This document shows, one piece after another, positions 55,801-64,000 of a DNA stretch of 64,000 nucleotides. This DNA comes from Geosiphon pyriformis uo1 (taxonomy: Eukaryota; Fungi; Glomeromycota): the NCBI GenBank assembly GCA_016748015.1, contig JAAOMT010000518.1, positions 248,001-312,000 on the forward strand, written 5' to 3'. The notes beneath the pieces were generated by a model. That model ran no database searches. It saw only the letters and a list, made by a program, of their open reading frames with translations, and was not told the DNA's origin. The first letter of the stretch is position 1. Each line of letters begins with the position of its first letter. Position numbers and translations under genes: made by a program.

Positions 55801-58800
55801 CATCAGCATGCTTATTTTCTGAAATGCCAGAGTAACTCTTTACCTTGTGCCAACTAACTCTTAAATTCTTATTATGAATGACATTAACAATATGTTAATG
55901 TTCAATCCAGTACTTATTGTGAAAGTCAAGACACACCAGACCCAATTCTAGCTTACAAGCATCTAAAGCAGATTGACTATCCAAAAACAAGTGAACAGAG
56001 CTAGATATGAGAACACACTCTAGGGCCAATGCAATAGCCTGTAATTTTGTCATAGTTGATGATATCAAATCTAATACACCAATGCCCAAACCCAAATTAA
56101 TGTCCTTAAAAAAGCAGCAGTGCCAGCTTTACAGTCAACTGTGCCCAAATCCTTCAGAGACCCATCCATGTACACAGACAAACTACCAGAACTAACCTGA
56201 AAGAAATGGTCACAAATAGATACAAAGTCACCAGAGTTAAGAATGCTCAAAAAACCAACTTTACTCAAAACCAAGGGATGAGCAGAAAAGAAAGCCATAT
56301 CATTGAGAAATGTCACAGAAATCTTGAACCACTCAGGAACAGAACTATGGGGGTCTATTCTCTTCTACCATCTGAAAGTACACCAATCAAAGACAGCACC
56401 ATGACTATTTCAAAGTTGATCTACAAAAGCTATATCATACCAATGAAAAGAGGGAAAAAACTTGAGAAATTTTGACTCATCCAGAATGGCAGACATAGAA
56501 GTCCCACCACAAAACCAAAAGAAATTGGCCAAAAAGCCACCCAGAAACAAATTGCAATCAAGAAGAATACAAACTATGCCTACTAGAAAGTTATTTGAAG
56601 CACTAATATACACACAGACAAAAAAACTCAATAGATGAATAGGACACCAACACAGAACTTGTAAGTCATGTGACCTGTAAAAAAACAAGCGACTTAAGAC
56701 TCCACCAGTATTTACAAAATTAATTAGAAAAGCAACTTTACTCTCAAACTGAATCTGTATGAAAAATTTCAAACCATAAAAGGAAGAGTAGTAAATAGTA
56801 TTACTAGAAAAGTTAAGCAGTAGACCAGATTTAAGTTTTAAGTCTTTACAAATAAGAGCATTCTACTTATTGTACATACCAACAGGAACAAAGCTAAATT
56901 GCATTCTATAGCTGACTATAGGATAGAAAACCATTAACACTAAATACAAGAGCTGTTTATCCAAGATAGCTTTTCTCAGGACCAGATTGGTAAAAAAACA
57001 AACATCTGAATTTACCTTAACCAAACTAGGTTTTGAAAGACTCTTAATTGAAAGAAAAATACTCAAATACTAATGAAATTCACCCTTTTTGGCAATGGAG
57101 ATCAGTAATTCACTAATGAAAAGAAAAGGATTACTGGTCTTGCTATTAATGGGAATGGCCACTGTCTTGTCATTATTAATTGAAATGTCATTAATTTGAA
57201 AGAATTTGCCAGCAACATTGAAAATATGTTGAGTAGTACTCTAACTGCTACCAACTCAAATTGTATTATTAATAAAAGTGCCAACAGCAAAAAAAGAAGA
57301 AAGTTCAGTCTGAGATTTAGCATGACCACTTTTGGAAATATAATAAGAATTCAACTTATACTTACACAATTTTTTTTTGTTAACATAATTTTAAGAAAAA
57401 TAATTTTAAATAACCAATTTTTGTATTTAATTTCTATTATTTTGTAATTAATTATTAAATATAGATTTTTATTTGGTTTTATTTTTAAGAATATATATTA
57501 TAAATAAACTGTAATAATTTAAAAATAATTAAAATTTAAGACTAATTTATCAAAAAACTTTTCAATTAAGAATTTATATTATTATTTTTAATATAATTTA
57601 AAACTTTTTGAATAGGTCTAAATTAAAAGTAAAATTATGTTATTATTAACTTTTTTAAATATTCTAAATATTGTTAACTAGTTATTTAATTATTATTTTT
57701 TAGATTTATAAGTTGTAAATTAGACTTTTAAAAATTTATTACAGTTTTTTATTAAGTTAAAAATTAGTTTAATTAATAATTTTTTGGTTAAAATAATTAA
57801 AATTTTAATTTTACTTTTATAAACTCTTTATTTATTGTATTTTATTTAACAAATAGTATCTAATATCAAATATTTTGAACATTTTATTTTATTATAATGT
57901 GATTAATTTTTTAAAACAATTTAATATGGTTTTTAGTAAACAATTTATTAATAAATATGACTGAATTTTTGATTAAAAAACATTTTATTATAAATATTTA
58001 TATAAATAATTTGTTAAAAAATTTAAGTTTACTTAAAATAATTAATAGTGTTTTAACACTTTTTAAAAATTTGGATATAAACATTAATATTTATATTTTT
58101 GGCTTAACTTTTTTAATATTAATTGAATTACAAGCTATTTTTTTGGTTTTTAAATATGTATTTATATTTAATATAATAATAATTTATTTTAATAGTTAAA
58201 CTGTTTTTAATGCTTGTGTTTTTGAGTTTATTTTAAGATTGTTTGACTTTTGTAATTGTTATTTAATAAAAAAAAACAAATAATTAATTTAATTTATAAT
58301 AAAAATATTTTTATTATTTAATCTAACATTAAGAGCTATTTTATTATTATTAGCAATAATATTGCTAATGTTTTAGTTAATATAATTGTTTATTTATCTT
58401 TGTTTTTTTTTATTTTAATTTAAGAAGATCTTTTTAAATTAACAATATTGTTATTTTAAAAAATGTTTAATATTTTATTCATAATATATATTAAGCTATA
58501 TATTATGTTTAATAAAAAATTAAATTAAATACCAACATAATTATTAATATTATAATTGAAAATATAAACTGAATTTGTATTTTTCTGATATAATATTCTA
58601 ATTTTATATATAGTTTAAATTTATTAACAAGTTTTTAATTAGTTTATATATTTATTTAATAATAATAATTTATTGGTAATTATTTGTAGTTATTTGAAAA
58701 TGTTTTTATAACAAGTAATATTCTGAAATTACATATTTTTAAATTATGTTTTTATATGTAAATTAAATATTAAAGTTATTATTAAATCTTATTAATTTTT

Positions 58801-59345
58801 AAAATTTATTAATAAAAGTTATTCTTTTATTATTTTTGATTTTACAGTTTTTTTATTTTGTATTTTTAATAATATGTTGTATTTGTTTTTGTAAAAGTTT
58901 TGTTTTTAAGGTGTAATTTGTTAAAGTTTTATTAATTTTTAAAAATATTAAAATAATTTTTTTATATTTAGTTTTTTTATATAATAGTTAATAATAAATT
59001 ATAAAAAAAAAGTGTGATTATATAGATTTAAATATAGAATTGTAATAAAAAAATGTGATTTAATAAGTAATAATAAATTAGTTTCTTATAATTTACATGA
59101 TTTATTAATTAAATTTTCTAATAAGATAATTTATTTATTTAATATTATTAAAGTTTTTATGATAAGTTTAATTTGTTTAATAAATATTTATTTTTTTTGA
59201 GATCTAAATAGTAGTATTAATGTTTATATAAATATAATATAGTTTTTATTAGCTTAAATAACTAGTTATATATAAGAAATACATAAGTTATATTTAATTA
59301 AGAATATTTAATTTGTTTTTATATATTAATAAAAATTAAAATAAT
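52870..59345 (+). mobile_element. Heavily decayed non-LTR retrotransposon, copy 3 (split into ~52870-54751 and 57368-59345)
   Basis: Relics ITKTKL, KNNFNKN, LKKTIDFILV, ...KIYFDIK|FFVNIILRKIILNNQFLYLIS, INIYINNLLKNL, LIELQAIFLVF. The 3'UTR at ~59250 is homologous to the other copies. Confidence 0.8.
54750..57367 (-). mobile_element. 5'-truncated, least decayed non-LTR retrotransposon, copy 4, nested in copy 3
   Basis: Begins just upstream of the RT FINNTI*V (FVDD) relic. VYMDGSLKDLG, STMTKLQAIALALEC and LDSQSALDAC (RNase H); CLYCDNIEVLNHVFFC (Zn finger); (TAA)n tail 54750-54766; candidate TSD AATT at 54748-51 and 57368-71. Confidence 0.92.
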
Positions 59346-60468
59346 ACATATAAAAAAAAAATACAACAAAAATTATAATTTAAAAAATCAAAAAACATTA
59401 TAATTAAAATTTTAATATTATTTCAAATTTTATATTAAATTTATTAATTTAGTATTAAATTTTTAAAATTTACAAATATATATAATTAATTATTATAAAA
59501 ATTAATATTTTATAAAAAAATATCAAAAAAAGTATTTTTGTAATATTATATTTTATTACAATTCTGCTTTATATTTTAATAAAATATTAATATTAAGAAA
59601 ACTTTATTTTTACTTTTATAATTATTAAAAAATCTATAATTTAAATTAATTTTTTAAAATCAAATAAATTGATACAATAAAATTTTTACAATTATAAAAT
59701 TTCCATAATTTAATTTATTTAAAATATATTAATAAATAAATAAATAATTTTAACTGTATTAATTGTTTTTATTTAAAAACATACATTAAATAAATAATTT
59801 ATATTATATTAAATATTAGTTAATTTAAGTTAATTTTTATTTTGTTATAATATATTTATTAATTATATATTATTATTTTTATAATTAATAATAATAATAA
59901 TAATTTATATCAAAGATTTTTTAATTAAATAATTTAATTAAATAATTGAAAACTTTGAATATACGTATATTAATAAATTATAACATTAAGCAAAATTTTT
60001 AGTTTCATAAATTAATAATATGTGATATATTATATTAAGTTAACAATATAAAAAAAATGGTGTTATATATAATATTTTTCATATTGTATTTATTATTGTT
60101 TAAATATATACATATATTGGTTTTTTTAAATGTATAATATTTTATTTACCTTAAAAAAGTTCTATTAATTTTTATAAAATGCAATGATCAAACAGAAACA
60201 AAAGCACTTTATTTGATTGCCTTATGAATAAATAGGTGGCTAAGACACCCAATTATATTAAACTATTATATTTTAAAGGTCTTCGTTTAATGACTACAAT
60301 GCCATTTGGCTTTTCGCTTTATGGCGCTCATTATTTTCTGGGGAATAGTCCAGAATTAAATTCCAAAGTTGGAAAGAACTCTAATTCAGTTAGACCATGC
60401 TAAAAATGATTAGAACTAAAATATCTATACTGTAAAAAGATCTCAAAATCCGAGATCGAACTGTAGTT

Positions 60469-62469
60469 TCATATATCTACGAAACCACGGCAGCTCCTTG
60501 ATTCACAGAGGCACTTTTTATGTAATTTAACTGGATCCTCTATATACACAAGGTTACTAACCTCTGAAGCCCGTTGTTGCTCACATTTTTTCATTTCCTC
60601 CTTAGAACGCAATCCAAAATAATCAAAAGTAAGCTCTTCACCACTGTTCACCGCATGCCTTGTGAAGAAAGCTATATCATGGACACGAATGTCCGGATTA
60701 TTGCTAACTACCCCTTTAGCTACCATATTAGGATCACAAGAATGATTGAAAAATCGAGCCACATTTCCTTCATTGGTTGCATCCACGGTATATAGGAATT
60801 CATTTTCGATTAAATCAATATTAAAAAGATATGATGTGCCAATTCGTGCGTTGTGTTTATCGACCTTGCCAGCTTGTATTTGATTAATCACCGCTCCAGC
60901 ATAAATATCAATAAAAGTATCTGCCGGTATATTGTTTATTGTCCGAACACCCCACCCTTTGTTTATTGTTTTGAAAATTTCAAGTTCAAAGAAGCGACCA
61001 TTTTGTACTACGCGATTCAGACAATTTGGTCCACATTTGCACCTAATATTACATTCCCTGATCATGCCGCTTAAATTTGACTTTCGGAGTGTACGTTCCG
61101 AAGAGTAATAGCTTTGATAGTCATTGTCTTCCAGACAAAGACATTGTTTGCCGTCCTTACCACATTCTCCAACCCTACAATCACATCCAGCTAATGCTTC
61201 CAGATTTGGTTTGCTTACTCCTTTTTTGAAGTTATAAACATCTGAATAAATGAATTTTGGAGCTATATCGTCATCTACTTCATTAATCAAATAAACACGG
61301 GGAGTAGCGGTTGTGTGATGATGTCTTTTCCTGGTTGAACTCGAGTGATTAGGGGACTTTCGATGGTCCAAAAACCTCCCGCGTTGATCACTATCTATAT
61401 CATCTTTATTCATCTCAGCTCGTCCTCTCTTGTTGATATTCGGAGCTTTTTTGCTATTAACTGAGTGGATTTTTTCATTGGAATGGCGATCTAGTCTTAG
61501 AGACTTTCGAGCCTTTGGCTCTGTAAAAGCCTCTCTGTTTTGCCGAAACTCCTATTATCATGTCATAATGATAGGAGGTAAATGAGTAGGAATTAGATAT
61601 TGGGAAAAAAATTTCAAGCCCAACTTTTACACCAGTAAAGTAATAATTATTACAACAAAGCCAATTCATTGACGAACCAGCCTTGTATCTTTCCAGGTCA
61701 ATGATAGTTGTCAATTTGGCTGTGAACCTTGCAGGAAATCATGATTGAAAAAACTTCACGAATCCAATGGTATTACCACCCGCGAAATTCTTCATACCTC
61801 CAGCTCAGATAAACTCATTATATCTTCAACAGATCCATCAAGGTCCAAATCAAAAGGAGTAAACCTTTTTGCCCTTCTCTTGTTAGGGTAAATCGAATCG
61901 ACAGTAGAAAGGTTGGTGCCTGCATTGGACCGCCTGAAACGTCAAATTTTTTGGTTGATTGGGTTAGAGTTTGAAAGAAATTCAATGATCATATTTTATC
62001 CACCATCTGAAAGCCTAGATCCATAATTGAGAATTTACCAATCACAATTACTATGTGCTGAATTTTCATCTCCATTATAATAAAATGTTAAGGAATCTAA
62101 AGATCTCTAAGAATAAAGGATTCATTAGGAAATGTAAGCATTTAATTTAATAAAACAAAGATCAATTACACTTTTACTCACACCATGAGAGCTAGGGTTA
62201 AATAGTTTAGTAGCCTTTAAAGTAGCCCGAGGTGATAGTGCGCATAGAAAGTGGGGGAAATTTAATAAAAGTCACAAGTATTTTAACGCTCTAAAATATT
62301 TTTTTGTATTTTTTCCCTGCCCCCCCCCCCCCCCCCCACCCCACCCACCCAGAAAGAGCACAAAGTTTGTACAGACTTGATCAGCAACTTCAATCACCAC
62401 ATCGTTTTCATCATCTAGAGTTAGGTCAACTATGACGGGCGGGGGTTTATTCGAGGAATTGAAAGACAT
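60469..62469 (-). CDS. SUV39/Clr4/DIM-5-type histone H3K9 methyltransferase without chromodomain
   Basis: Pre-SET GCDC..EC..CLC..IRECNIRCKCGPNCLNRVVQ; SET FKTINKGWGVR, YLFNID, GNVARFFNHSCDPN, GEELTFDY; post-SET CLCESRSCRG. In-frame upstream exons can be chained from ATG 62469 (last exon starts 61551). Confidence 0.9.
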
Positions 62470-62868
62470 AGTTTCCTAAACTTGGATTCGTTGAAAGAAC
62501 CCTTTTAAAAGGTTCTCTCCAACCTCTGATAGTTTGGGAAATCAATAAAAAGGGCGAAACAATTGTGCAACCAAATTTTAAGGTTAATGCTCAACAAATA
62601 TTTGGGTCTAGAAAAATGATTTCAACTTTATTCATGAGTGCTAAATAATTGATTTAAATGGTGGCAAAATGTCATGAATTAAAAATCTCGCGTATAAACT
62701 TGCCAAACTTTTTGATGCGCAGTAATGTTGGTTCTCCAAAAAAAAACAAATAAAGAAATCGAAAGATTAAATAATCTCTTTAAAAATCCCTTTTACAACC
62801 CATATTCCCATTCTTTGGTCCTCAAAAACCATTGTTATTTGCTATTAAATTACTAATTTTCTATTTGA

Positions 62869-64000
62869 TTATAATTCATCCTTAAACATGTCTTCGTAAA
62901 CTTTTCCATAATCTATTGAGCTGTCATCTGCATCATCATCATCCCCATCATCGTCTTGTTGTTGGAATAGATCTTCTTCTTCCTGTTTTGCTAATCTTTC
63001 TGCTTCTGCTTTCTTTTCCTCTTCTTCGACCTCGGGTGCTGGTTGCTCATTTATTTCGACTTTCGCCTCAGTATTAACGCCCAAACTAGCTCGAAGAACT
63101 TTGTCAACTCGATTTGCATAGCTAATAAAAAATTGATTGATTGATAAATATAGTCTGTCTTCATTTCGAGATGGAAAAATAATAGGAAAATGTGTGTGTA
63201 CCCTAGATTATCACCCAACGTGTATCCGGAACGTAGTAGAGTAGTTTCGTACAAAACCATAACTATTTCTTTAGTGGTGTCATCAAAATCTTCTCTATTG
63301 GCCTTTTCCAAGAGACCCAGTATCAGCGGGTGATTGGGATTAATTTCCAATATTTTCTTTTGTCTTGAAAAGAAACCTGACATGGCTTCATCGTCTTGCT
63401 TGAATGTTTGGGCTTTGTAGTAGTACGGGTAAAAAGTTTCATTTGGATAATTATTGGGAATTGAAGGAAAATAGAAAAGTTCAAAAAAGTTTGTTTGATA
63501 TAACTTACCAGCCATAATCTTTTGCATATTGCCCGTCCATCCCCATTCCTGCGCCACAACAGCACATGGAGAAGTTGTAAGGCGATTGGATACCTCAACT
63601 TTTGAAGAAAAGCCAAACGCTTATTTAATGGTTGTGTCTTTTGGGAGAATTAAAATAATTTTCAATTTAGCTCACCTTTCTCAACTTGATCAATAAGCGA
63701 AGCTTGCATCCAATCCTGTAATCTCTCGAATTTCACCTTTAATTTTTCAAGTTCCTCTTTATCATCCTGCGTCTCATCACCGAATTTCAGGTCACCCTTG
63801 GCAACATTTTGGAACACCTTTCCATCATAACCGGGCATATGCTGAACCAACATTTCATCAATTGGTTCGGCCATGTATAAAACTTCGTAGTTACGAGCGA
63901 CCAAACGTTCCAAGAAAGGTGATTGTTTAACTTCCTCGATTGAAGCACCGGTATGAAAGAAGATACCTTCTTGCCCTTTTTTCATTCGACTGATATAATC
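62869..64000 (-). CDS. HSP90B1: Endoplasmin/GRP94 (ER Hsp90), 3' part
   Basis: QSPFLERL, EPIDE, FQNVAK, SNRLTTSPCAVVAQEWGWTGNMQKIM, KKILEINPNHPLI, LYETTLLRSG, acidic tail and C-terminal KDEL. Confidence 0.95.

Noticed and set aside
39036-58199. Dozens of short F/I/K/N/L-rich ORFs suggesting a gene cluster, organellar insert or alternative genetic code
   Set aside because: They are colinear fragments of decayed LINE ORFs. The stops are of all three types, at ancestral W/Q/R codons, and differ among copies, so they are mutations and not recoding.

Overview
Eukaryotic, intron-rich fungal DNA, most likely Glomeromycotina. Geosiphon pyriformis is my best guess, from recalled similarity of the LINE ORF1/ORF2 family and the GHGxGG Lipase_3 family; this was not verified by search. 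Gene islands with normal CpG content encode a Borealin/Nbl1-like protein (partial), CSN7, VPS16, a 4-TM membrane protein, BOS1, an intronless divergent TFIIB, ISC1, a long-chain acyl-CoA synthetase, ECT1, a chromodomain-less SUV39/DIM-5-type SET protein and GRP94 (partial). The window also holds a Lipase_3 pseudogene with Gly in place of the catalytic Ser, an inverted partial copy of it about 17 kb away, and a lone 5S rRNA gene beside an assembly gap. About 38.9-59.3 kb is a nest of four copies of one APE-RT-RNaseH non-LTR retrotransposon family plus a solo LTR. These copies are decayed almost entirely by C>T/G>A transitions in all dinucleotide contexts, and the one nested pair decays in the order its nesting predicts. 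This RIP-like signature is the strongest candidate for an undescribed system. Exon boundaries were read by eye and are approximate.
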